The notes beneath the pieces were generated by a model that ran no database searches, was not told the DNA's origin, and saw only the letters and a program-made list of their open reading frames with translations. Below are positions 37,044-45,212 of a stretch of 64,000 nucleotides of DNA, one piece after another (positions within the stretch are counted from its first letter, which is position 1; every line of letters starts with the position of its first letter). The stretch comes from Candidatus Kaiserbacteria bacterium (GTDB lineage Bacteria; Patescibacteriota; Minisyncoccia; Phycocordibacterales; UBA2100): contig CAVYCR010000001.1 in the NCBI GenBank assembly GCA_963767115.1, positions 66,430 through 130,429 on the forward strand. The letters are read 5' to 3'. The position numbers were made by a program, and so were the translations under genes.

Positions 37044-38764
37044 ATTTGTTCCCACATCTGGAGGGTGGAAGGATTGCCTACGTTGCACCAGCCGGAATTG
37101 GGGTCGGCGGGGTTCCCCGTGTCGGGACTGGTCGTGGTCCAGTTGCTCTGTACTGTCTGCACGAGGTTGGTGCTCGTTTGTTGGATGGTCGTCTGGGCTT
37201 GCTGTATGGAGACCAAGTCGTTGGGTGTCTGCAACTGACCAGTGGAGGTGAGCTGGTCAACATTATCGACGGCCTGGTTTTGCGTATCGACTGAGCTGCT
37301 CTGCGCGTTGTTCTGGATTTGTGTGAGTGTCTGGATGTTTTGCTGCGCAACATTGATCTCTTGGAGAGTCGAAGATGCCGTCGCAGCGATGTTGGTATTG
37401 ATGATTTGCTGCGCGAAGCCGTAGGTCGAGGTCGCGATCGTGAGTGTTACGGTAGACGGGGCTGTCGTCACGGTTTGCGATATCGTTCCGCCGTGGCCGT
37501 TTGAGGTAACAACCGTACTGATGCTCGCAGTACCCGTTTGTACTTCGGTGCATGTTGCGGTCCCGTTACTGTTGTAGCTCAAGGTCCCGGCTTGGCAGAC
37601 GTCTGAAATGATACTGTTCCAACAGCCTGCCTCTTGCCCACGAAGGGTGCCGATCGCGGTTGAAAGGGTATTGGCGATGGAGCTTGCTGTCTGATAATAG
37701 CTTTGTTCGGTCTGAATCGCGCCCGAGAGGATGGAGAGCGCGGCGCCCGCGATGCCTTGCGTGACGCCGGTGTTGGCGAGCGATGTAGCGCTTTGCATGT
37801 ATCCCTGCGAGACACTGGCAAGGCTTTGGTTGGTATATCCCGGCACTGAGGCACCGGTCACTGCGGAAGAGAGGTTGGCCAAGAGCGAAGTCGTCATCTG
37901 ACCGATGTCGTTGGCGTTTTCGGTGAGGCGGAAGCCCGAGGTAATGGCTTGGTTGAGCGTTGCAAAAAGTGTCTGGCTCGGCGTGCTTACGATGATATTA
38001 CCGTACGCGTCGGTACTGCCGCGCGGGTACATACCCTGGCCCCATTGCAGCTGTGTGAGTGCGTTGTTGACGACGTTGGCGGCCACAGCCGTCGCTTGGG
38101 CGTTGGCTTGGTTGTAGGCACCTATCGCGGTGCAGGTCGGGAGCGCGAGATAGCCGAGCGCTGAGAGCGCGGAGTCGGTCGTCTGCCCTTGATAGAGTGC
38201 GGTGAGGTTGCCTGTGTAGGGACATGAGAGTGCAGCAGTCGGGCTGTTGATCGCGGCGTAATTGTTTTGCACGATTGCGGATTTTACGGTGCTTTGGAAT
38301 GCGGCATTCACGTTGTTGGTAATACCATTGCTCACCGCTGCGGCGAGTGCGTTCGAATATTTAGTCTGCATCTCGTTTCCTAGGTTGACGGAATACTGCG
38401 GATTGCCGTTATTGCCCTGTGTGATCTGTCCGGTGATCTGGTTGGTCATCTGGGTAATGGCGCTGTCGCGCAGGCGGTCGATCACTTCGCGCAAGACGCA
38501 CTCGTCGTAAACGAGATATCCGGTGTTGAGCTCTACCACCGCGTCCGACACGGGTACGTACACTCCGTTTGCAGTGAAGGCGCCGACGCTCTTGGCGTAG
38601 GCACCGTTCTGGCTGCAGCCGAGGATGCCGGAGTCTTGGAATTGGTACGCGCTGTTGCCTACGGGCGACTGCACGGCACCAGGAAGGCTGCTCGCTTGCG
38701 CAAAAACGAGCACTGGTGAGAGTGTGATGAGTAGAATACTGAGGAGTAAGGTACGGATTTTCAT
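37031..38764 (-). CDS. Secreted hypothetical protein (577 aa), Gln/Thr/Asn/Ser/Ala-rich
   Basis: Signal peptide MKIRTLLLSILLITLSPVLVFAQ. It has a 4-nt overlap with the upstream gene and a 13-nt overlap with the downstream start. Confidence 0.7.
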   Translation of the reverse strand: MKIRTLLLSILLITLSPVLVFAQASSLPGAVQSPVGNSAYQFQDSGILGCSQNGAYAKSVGAFTANGVYVPVSDAVVELNTGYLVYDECVLREVIDRLRDSAITQMTNQITGQITQGNNGNPQYSVNLGNEMQTKYSNALAAAVSNGITNNVNAAFQSTVKSAIVQNNYAAINSPTAALSCPYTGNLTALYQGQTTDSALSALGYLALPTCTAIGAYNQANAQATAVAANVVNNALTQLQWGQGMYPRGSTDAYGNIIVSTPSQTLFATLNQAITSGFRLTENANDIGQMTTSLLANLSSAVTGASVPGYTNQSLASVSQGYMQSATSLANTGVTQGIAGAALSILSGAIQTEQSYYQTASSIANTLSTAIGTLRGQEAGCWNSIISDVCQAGTLSYNSNGTATCTEVQTGTASISTVVTSNGHGGTISQTVTTAPSTVTLTIATSTYGFAQQIINTNIAATASSTLQEINVAQQNIQTLTQIQNNAQSSSVDTQNQAVDNVDQLTSTGQLQTPNDLVSIQQAQTTIQQTSTNLVQTVQSNWTTTSPDTGNPADPNSGWCNVGNPSTLQMWEQIWST

Positions 38765-39570
38765 GATGTCTTGGTGGCGAAGTAGCCGTACAGGTTCTGG
38801 AACGAATTGACCATGTCTTGCTGAGCTTGGTCGTAGTTTTCGAGAAGCACGGTCTCGGTGAAGGAATCGCTGCCATGGTTCGACATCTGGTCCAAGACCG
38901 TCGCGAACTCCTGCATCGCATCGAGTATACCGATCTGGTACGTGACGGCGTCTTCTGGCACGACGAGCTTCGCCGTCTGTGCGGCAGCGAGCTGGTAGTT
39001 GTCGGCGGCCTGTGTGAGATCCTCGAGGTATTGTGGATCATTGGTAGACTCGTATTCGTTGAAGATGTCCAGCTCAGACTGGGTGTTGTTCATGAGCGGC
39101 TTGAGCGAAGTCTGTAGATCGGTGCGATATTGCATGGCGCGCTCGGGAGATGTGTCGGTATCGGTCGGGATCTGTGAGCTTGTGTAGGTCGGTGCAGAGA
39201 TGTCGGCGTGGATGTTTTGTGCCAGCCCGGCGACGACCGCGGTGGCGCTGGAGGTACTATAGGTCCCCTGCGATTGCATATAGGCATAATCAGCCGCGAT
39301 GGTGTCGGCGACGTTGCTTGAGAGTTGTGCGGGATCATATGGGTCCCCTTCGCTCGCTGCCGCGCTTGCGCTCTGTGCTGTGTCAGAGTCGTTGCCCGGA
39401 ATGCCGCTGTGCACTTGGGCAGCTCCCGCAACCACCTGCAGCAGCGTGTCTTTGTTGTTGAGGTATCCCCACGCTTGCAGGCCGATGACACCGACGAGCG
39501 CCACTATGGAGAGCACGGCCGTTGCCTGCATACCAGAAAAAGCGCCGACGTGTGTATCTCGGTTTTCCAC
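38761..39570 (-). CDS. N-terminally anchored hypothetical protein (269 aa)
   Basis: GTG start 6 nt after TATACT. TM segment AVLSIVALVGVIGLQAW. The helical ectodomain has the same architecture as the next gene upstream. Confidence 0.65.
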   Translation of the reverse strand: MENRDTHVGAFSGMQATAVLSIVALVGVIGLQAWGYLNNKDTLLQVVAGAAQVHSGIPGNDSDTAQSASAAASEGDPYDPAQLSSNVADTIAADYAYMQSQGTYSTSSATAVVAGLAQNIHADISAPTYTSSQIPTDTDTSPERAMQYRTDLQTSLKPLMNNTQSELDIFNEYESTNDPQYLEDLTQAADNYQLAAAQTAKLVVPEDAVTYQIGILDAMQEFATVLDQMSNHGSDSFTETVLLENYDQAQQDMVNSFQNLYGYFATKTS

Positions 39571-39594
39571 GGATAAAGTATAGCATCGGGAAAC

Positions 39595-39679
39595 AAGCTT
39601 CTAGCTTCTAGGGGCTAGCTTCTAGGGAAAACAAGACAAAATGCATTTGCTAGAAGCTAGTAGCTAGCCACTAGAAGCT
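39595..39679. repeat. AGCT-rich palindromic spacer motif (copy 1)
   Basis: aagcttctagcttctaggggctagcttctaggg, then a 21-nt A-rich spacer containing aaaatgc, then gctagaagctagtagctagccactagaagct. The right arm overlaps the stop codon of the 39671..40591 gene. Confidence 0.7.
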
Positions 39680-40591
39680 GTTCTGTGTAAACACGAATGC
39701 GCTCCCCGGGTCTGATTGCCCGAATTTCACGTTGTTCACAGCAAAGAGTGTCGACACGTTTGCAAACTGCGTATTGAAAGAGTCTGCAGCCGTGTCATAG
39801 GCATTGATCGCATTGACGAAATCCGTGTCGCTGCCGCCGGTCGTTTGGGAGACCGCGACGAGTGCTTTGCCGACGTTCTCGTAGGCGAGCGCGAGCTGGG
39901 TATTGGCGCCCTGTGCGCTCGAAGGCACAGCACTGATCTCTCCAAGCTTCACACCGACTCCCTCGAGGTCATTGCCGATCTGTGCGACTGCCGCGGCTTT
40001 GGTTGCGTTTTGCCTGTCGTCGACCGAGGCAGAGAGGATTTGGGCTTGGTCGGTGTGGGTGTCGTCGTATTCTTGCAAGTAGGTGCCGGCTGCGTTGCCA
40101 TAATCATAGAGTGCTTTCTGATTTGTTGTCATTGTGGGACCTGAGAGGCTTGATGTGCTGACCGTCTGAGACGGTATGTATGCCCATGGGTCTATCGCGG
40201 TATCTTCCGAAGCTGAAACTCCTGCTGAGGCTTGGGGTTTTGATAATTGAGCGAGCATGTACGCGATCTGGGCATCGGTACCGGCGCTCGGCTGCGGATA
40301 TGACGCATTTGATACGGTCGCGGCCGTAGTGTTCGTTGCTGTTTCAATCGGCACTGTCGGCGTCGCGTACGTCGTCTCAACCGGCAGTGGAGACGATGAT
40401 GTCGTGGGTGCGGGTATGGTCGTAGCGAGCGTCGGCACTACGCCGCTTCCGCCCCATGCCGAAACGGCGCCCGTGTCCGTGCTTGCGGTGCTGCTGTGCT
40501 CATAGACCACGAAGGCGCCGACCAGGAACGCGAGAAGCGCGAGAGCGAGAGCTATCAAAAACGGGTTAGAACGCATACGCTCCATGCGCAT
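39671..40591 (-). CDS. N-terminally anchored hypothetical protein (306 aa), first gene of the T4SS-like cluster
   Basis: TM segment FLIALALALLAFLVGAFVV. The ectodomain is Thr/Ser/Ala-rich and then helical. TATAGT lies just upstream of the clustered ATGs at 40591/40585. Confidence 0.65.
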   Translation of the reverse strand: MRMERMRSNPFLIALALALLAFLVGAFVVYEHSSTASTDTGAVSAWGGSGVVPTLATTIPAPTTSSSPLPVETTYATPTVPIETATNTTAATVSNASYPQPSAGTDAQIAYMLAQLSKPQASAGVSASEDTAIDPWAYIPSQTVSTSSLSGPTMTTNQKALYDYGNAAGTYLQEYDDTHTDQAQILSASVDDRQNATKAAAVAQIGNDLEGVGVKLGEISAVPSSAQGANTQLALAYENVGKALVAVSQTTGGSDTDFVNAINAYDTAADSFNTQFANVSTLFAVNNVKFGQSDPGSAFVFTQNSF

Positions 40592-40635
40592 TTACTATAG
40601 CACTCCGCAGATACAGTGGTGCTACAATATGAGTC

Positions 40636-40953
40636 ATGTTTCGTCGGCTGTGCGCAATGATCGCGGTCCCCATACTCCTCGTGCCTCTCACGGTATTCGC
40701 CTTTCCTTTCGGCGGAGAGACATCCAACGTCACGAGGTGTTACAACACGGCGATCTACGCCAACGTAGGCCCGCCGCGCGGCGGGCAGTTCATCTGGACG
40801 CCCGCAACGGTCACCTACCCCTTCGGCCCGCCTGCCCATAGCGGCCAATGGCTCCTCGGCCTCGCCGGTATCCCCTACTATTGTCTCGTCTCCGTCGTGC
40901 CGATCATTGTGTGGACTGGTATCGATATCACGATGATGGGGTCAAGCCAATAA
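40636..40953 (+). CDS. Small secreted hypothetical protein (105 aa)
   Basis: Signal-like N-terminus MFRRLCAMIAVPILLVPLTVFA and a C-terminal hydrophobic segment. TACAAT (40623-40628) lies 7 nt before the ATG. Confidence 0.55.
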   Translation: MFRRLCAMIAVPILLVPLTVFAFPFGGETSNVTRCYNTAIYANVGPPRGGQFIWTPATVTYPFGPPAHSGQWLLGLAGIPYYCLVSVVPIIVWTGIDITMMGSSQ

Positions 40954-41087
40954 CAAACTGACTTGACGGCCGGACTTGGCGCAGGCCAAGGAGTCGGGTT
41001 CGCGGGGTTCGCGAACACACGAAAACCTATGACGTTCACAGTAGAAAAAATCAATCAGCTTTTCTTATAGTCGTAAGTGACCTTCGC

Positions 41088-41759
41088 TCATTGATTGGTT
41101 GTATCATCGCTGACTTGGTGCAATTTCCCATCAACGACATCGTAGGTCGTTACCTCGGTTGTTCCCGCACCGAGTGAATCGTAACTCGTTACCGTTTTTG
41201 TTTTTGGATCGAAGCGCGGGTTTATCAAATAGGAATTATCTCCAAACTGGCCGGTGGTGCTGCTAAATAGCCAAAACTCAAAACTTCCTCCGCCGGTACC
41301 AGTATCGCTAAGCACCATGAAGTCCGGATAACCATCAAAGTTTATGTCACGCACTTCTGCTTGGGGACATTCGTATACTCCAGTATCGTCTGCTTGTATT
41401 CCAAATGTCTGGTAGACCGCACCATCTTTAAGCACCTGGATATCGAAGGGGTTTTTGTTTCGGCACGTCACAACTATGGTAAATTCTCCTACCTGAACGG
41501 TGGAGCTAGAGATTAGGGCCGTGGTAGGGGTCGCTTCCGAAGGCGGAGTCGAGGTAGACACAGACATTTGCATCTGTTGATTCACGTGGTTGTCTCCAGT
41601 AGATGGCAGGGGTGCAAGCGAATTGGGATCCTGTGACTCTATAGTAACTTCGTACTGTGTGCCAATATAGAAGCTGAGCGTAGGTATAACTGCAATAAAT
41701 AAAATTATTGCCCCTAGACGGGAATGCCAAGTGACTTCATTCCACTTGATCATATTCAT
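41088..41759 (-). CDS. Membrane-anchored hypothetical protein with a DxNxDGYxD loop (paralog of 56057..56680)
   Basis: TM segment LGAIILFIAVIPTLSFYIG. The C-terminal domain ...EVRDINFDGYPDFMVLSDTGTGGGSFEFWLFSSTTGQF... aligns by eye with 56057..56680. Confidence 0.65.
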   Translation of the reverse strand: MNMIKWNEVTWHSRLGAIILFIAVIPTLSFYIGTQYEVTIESQDPNSLAPLPSTGDNHVNQQMQMSVSTSTPPSEATPTTALISSSTVQVGEFTIVVTCRNKNPFDIQVLKDGAVYQTFGIQADDTGVYECPQAEVRDINFDGYPDFMVLSDTGTGGGSFEFWLFSSTTGQFGDNSYLINPRFDPKTKTVTSYDSLGAGTTEVTTYDVVDGKLHQVSDDTTNQ

Positions 41760-41815
41760 TAATTATAACCCTTAACCGGCCATGCAGTTCTGAGAAATCC
41801 CGTGCCAGGCACGTC

Positions 41816-42598
41816 TCAAATGCGAAATGTATGGCGTAATATGGAGAGCGATTGTACTAATTCATTCCACTTCCCGATCGGTATATCTTCCGCGCGGGTT
41901 TTTTCGTTGATGCCGCACTCTAAAAAGGCTTTTTGAATTAGTTCCTTTGGGAATCGTGCCGAGAGGTTGCCTGCCAACATCTTTCTTTTCGCAGAGAAAC
42001 CGAGCCGTACTACCTCGAAGAAGAAATCTTCGTCGATGTCCTTGAAAAAGTCGCGCGAAATGTTTTCTATGAGCAGAATTGCCGAATCGACATTCGGTGG
42101 CGGGGCGAATGATCCGCGCGGCACTTTGGTTATGTAGCGCGGCGTGCCGTACGCTTTCACCGAGAGCGAAAGGATGCTCTCTTTCTCGTCGCGCGCGATA
42201 CGCTCGGCGATTTCTTTTTGTACGAGGAGCACCATTAGTGTCGGCTGTACTGTGGCAGTGAGAAATTTCCTGATGATGGCACCAGTAATGTAGTACGGGA
42301 TGTTGGCGATGAGTTTGTATGAGCCGCTTGGCTCATATCTAAGCGCATCACCCTCGATAAGCTCAAGCTTGCCCTGGGCGATCTCATCCGAGAAACCATC
42401 GCGCAAAACGGCGCACAATTCCTCATCTTTCTCGAGCGCGATTACTTTCCCTGAGTGCTGTAACAATTCCCTGGTGAGCACGCCTTCGCCCGGGCCGATC
42501 TCGAGCACGGTGTCATCGCTAGAAATATTTCCCGCCTTGACGATGGTGTTGAGCGCCTTTTGCGAACGCAGGAAATGTTGGCCGAGACGTTGACCCAT
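41816..42598 (-). CDS. rsmA: 16S rRNA (adenine1518/1519-N6)-dimethyltransferase RsmA/KsgA
   Basis: GQHFLRSQKALNTIV, SAM motif VLEIGPGEGVLT, and NIPYYITGAII. Confidence 0.9.
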   Translation of the reverse strand: MGQRLGQHFLRSQKALNTIVKAGNISSDDTVLEIGPGEGVLTRELLQHSGKVIALEKDEELCAVLRDGFSDEIAQGKLELIEGDALRYEPSGSYKLIANIPYYITGAIIRKFLTATVQPTLMVLLVQKEIAERIARDEKESILSLSVKAYGTPRYITKVPRGSFAPPPNVDSAILLIENISRDFFKDIDEDFFFEVVRLGFSAKRKMLAGNLSARFPKELIQKAFLECGINEKTRAEDIPIGKWNELVQSLSILRHTFRI

Positions 42599-42623
42599 GT
42601 AAGCAGTCTAGCGTGGATTCGCA

Positions 42624-42681
42624 AGCACGGGAACTTTAAAAATCGTTGGGCCCGGAAGAGGGTTTTTAAAGTTCCCGTGCT
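42624..42681. repeat. Hairpin (19-bp perfect stem, 20-nt loop) between pcrA and rsmA
   Basis: 42624-42642 (agcacgggaactttaaaaa) is the exact reverse complement of 42663-42681. There is no U-tract on the minus strand. Confidence 0.75.
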
Positions 42682-42695
42682 AGCACAATTCACTG

Positions 42696-44600
42696 TCAGT
42701 CGAGCAATCCTCCGCGCGGCATGGTATTGCTCTCACGGGAGACGACGTGCATCAGGCGCTGGTCGATGTCCTCGAGGAACTCTGACGGCACGGTAAAGTC
42801 GCGCGAGCCGTACTTCATGCGCGAAGAAGCATAGGTGAGATAGAGGAATTTGCGGGCGCGCGTGATCGCTACATAGAAGAGCCGGCGCTCTTCCTCGCTG
42901 TCGCGCGTGGAATCATCGGCGCGAATCGACGGGAAGAGGCCCTGCTCGAGGCCTGTGACGAAGACCGCGTCAAATTCAAGTCCTTTGGATGCGTGTACCG
43001 TCATGAGCGAGACCTCGGCGCGTTTCTCCTCGAGCTCGTCCTGGTCGCTCTGGAGCGCCGCTTCTTCGAGGAGACGCTCGATACCCTCTGGCGGCGTCGC
43101 GTCGTCGTAGCGCACAGCGAGGTTCACGAGCTCGTAGATGTTGGCAAGACGCTCCCGGCTCTCGTCGGTGTTTTCTTCCTTGAGCATTCGCTCGATGCCA
43201 CTTTCTTCGACGCAGTACCGTACTGCTTCTGACGCTGCGACAGTGTCGATCGCTGTGCGGATCTTCACGAGTGTCTCGCGCAAGCTTTTGATCTTTGTCT
43301 TGGCGGCAGCAGGCAGTGCGTCTTCTTGTCCGGCGAGGACTTTATCGAGCGTGACCTTGCCGATGCCGCGCGGCGGGACGGAGACGATGCGCGAGAGGTC
43401 GTTGCCCCCGTCAGGGTTCATCGCGGCGCGCAGGTACGAGAGCACATCCTTGATCTCCTTGCGCTCGAAGAAACGCGTGCCGAGTACGCGGTACGGGACG
43501 CCGAAGCTCAGCATCGCTTCCTCGAGCGCGCGCGATTGGAAGTTTTCACGATACAGGACAGCGATCTCGCTGGGGTCGGTGCCGTTTTTGAGCTGTTCTC
43601 CGATCATGCCGGCGACGAACCACGCCTCATCGACCTCGTTGATGCCGCCATAGACCACGACTGGCTCGCCCGTGTCGTTGTCGGTGAAGAGATTTTTAGC
43701 ATGGCGGCGGGTGTTTTTGCCGATCACACTGTTGGCTGCGGCGAGGATGGTGCGCGTCGAGCGGTAGTTTTGCTCAAGCAAGACGACCTTCGCTCCGGGG
43801 AATGCCTTCTCGAAACCGAGCAAGTGCTCGATGTCGGCGCCGCGCCAGCTATAAATGTTTTGATCCGTATCGCCGACGACACAGATGTTCATACGAGTCC
43901 CCGCAAGAAGTCGTGCGATCTCGTATTGCGCGTGGTTGGTGTCTTGGTATTCGTCGATGATGATGTGGCTCCAACGATTTTGTAGAAGCGAAAGTACACG
44001 CGGGCTCTGCCGCAGAAGTGCGAGTGTCCGGAAGAGTAGATCGTCGAAATCGAGAGCCGACTCTTGTTTGAGGCGCGCTTCGTACAAGCGCCATGCCTTC
44101 GCGACCGTTTCATCGCGGAAGGAATGCGTCTCGTGCGCGAATTCATCCGCCGAGATACCATCACCCTTCTGTCGAGATATCGCTGAGAGGATCTGGCGCG
44201 GCGTCCATTGCTCTACGTCGAGCTCTTCGAGGATCCGCTTGATCGCGCGTGTCGAGTCGTCGCGGTCCCAGATAGAGAAGCCGCGCGGCAAAGATGCTTC
44301 CGTATGGAATTCGCGCAAAAGTCGGACTCCCAGACTGTGGAAGGTCGAGACAAAAGGAGCGCCATGTGACCCTTGAGGCAGGAGCACGCGCACGCGCTCG
44401 CGCATCTCGCCCGCGGCTTTGTTGGTAAAGGTCACGGCAAGAATTGCCGACGGACGTACGCCGCTCCTGATGAGCTCAGCGATGCGGTACGTGATCGTCT
44501 TGGTCTTGCCCGCTCCGGCGCCCGCAACGATCAAAAGCGGCCCTTCGAGATGGAGGGCCGCTTCTTTTTGTTGCTCGTTGAGGTCTTTGAGGTGGTCCAC
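42696..44600 (-). CDS. pcrA: ATP-dependent DNA helicase PcrA/UvrD (superfamily 1)
   Basis: ORF 42696..45044. Motifs AGAGAGKTKTITYRIA, IIIDEYQDTN, LEQNYRST, VHASKGLEFDAVF and LFYVAITRARK. The start is set to the in-frame GTG at 44600 (VDHLKDLNEQQKEAAL...), 7 nt after TATATT. The upstream 148 codons cover the hairpin repeat and look non-coding. Confidence 0.9.
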   Translation of the reverse strand: MDHLKDLNEQQKEAALHLEGPLLIVAGAGAGKTKTITYRIAELIRSGVRPSAILAVTFTNKAAGEMRERVRVLLPQGSHGAPFVSTFHSLGVRLLREFHTEASLPRGFSIWDRDDSTRAIKRILEELDVEQWTPRQILSAISRQKGDGISADEFAHETHSFRDETVAKAWRLYEARLKQESALDFDDLLFRTLALLRQSPRVLSLLQNRWSHIIIDEYQDTNHAQYEIARLLAGTRMNICVVGDTDQNIYSWRGADIEHLLGFEKAFPGAKVVLLEQNYRSTRTILAAANSVIGKNTRRHAKNLFTDNDTGEPVVVYGGINEVDEAWFVAGMIGEQLKNGTDPSEIAVLYRENFQSRALEEAMLSFGVPYRVLGTRFFERKEIKDVLSYLRAAMNPDGGNDLSRIVSVPPRGIGKVTLDKVLAGQEDALPAAAKTKIKSLRETLVKIRTAIDTVAASEAVRYCVEESGIERMLKEENTDESRERLANIYELVNLAVRYDDATPPEGIERLLEEAALQSDQDELEEKRAEVSLMTVHASKGLEFDAVFVTGLEQGLFPSIRADDSTRDSEEERRLFYVAITRARKFLYLTYASSRMKYGSRDFTVPSEFLEDIDQRLMHVVSRESNTMPRGGLLD

Positions 44601-44624
44601 GAAAGAGAATATACCATAATGAGT

Positions 44625-44896
44625 GAACGGCCGAGCGGAAAAGGTTTTGCGAACATACCGTGAGTGCAAAGCCTCTGACATCTCCCACGAACGTACTCTG
44701 TGGTACTCCGATCCTGCAGGCGATGTTCGCAAAACCTTTTCCGCTCGGCCGTCCAGCATCGCGTGCCCGAACCCTGAGCCGACAGTCTTTTGGAACATCG
44801 CCTGCGGAATTGCGTCACCTATAGAGTACGTTCGTGGGAGATATACGACCATTTGCAAGTACGGTGCGTTCCAAAAGACTGTCGGCTCAGGGTTCG
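44625..44896. repeat. Head-to-head pair of hairpin modules (copy pair B): 28-30-bp and 29-bp stems, each enclosing a conserved ~71-nt core
   Basis: 44627-44654 pairs perfectly with 44725-44752 (loop 44655-44724). 44768-44796 pairs perfectly with 44868-44896 (loop 44797-44867). The loops are homologous to those at 24996-25066 and 25144-25215. The outer arm sequences are unrelated to those of copy pair A. Confidence 0.85.
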
Positions 44897-45212
44897 CGCG
44901 CCCCAATTTGACAAAACCCCTATCCACTCGCCAAGTCTGAGAAGTATTGCCCCACAAGGTCGATGAGGGTAGAGTGAACCCTAACGACGGCATACCCGAA
45001 ATCAGACGCTCGGTGCTTCCTGAGAAAGCAAGCAATAGAGCCATGAAATCCAGATGCCCTGAAAGCCCGTCGTCAAAAATTGGCTTTAAATCTCGATAAA
45101 ATACGAAAAGCGGCTAGCGCCTCTTTTTTGTGTTGTTGGGACTAAAATGCCGATTAAATGGCTTATTTTAAGTAAAAAACACGATTCTCGTCCGAGCTCC
45201 GGCTCACGCGGG

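Noticed and set aside
40954-41087. Possible tRNA because of the gggttcgcggggttcgcgaac sequence
   Set aside because: No cloverleaf can be drawn: there is no acceptor stem or anticodon arm, and the T-loop consensus GGTTCGAATCC is absent.
44601-45044. N-terminal 148-codon extension of the pcrA ORF
   Set aside because: It covers hairpin pair B and has no helicase-like sequence. A GTG start with an adjacent -10 box at 44600 gives a normal PcrA N-terminus.
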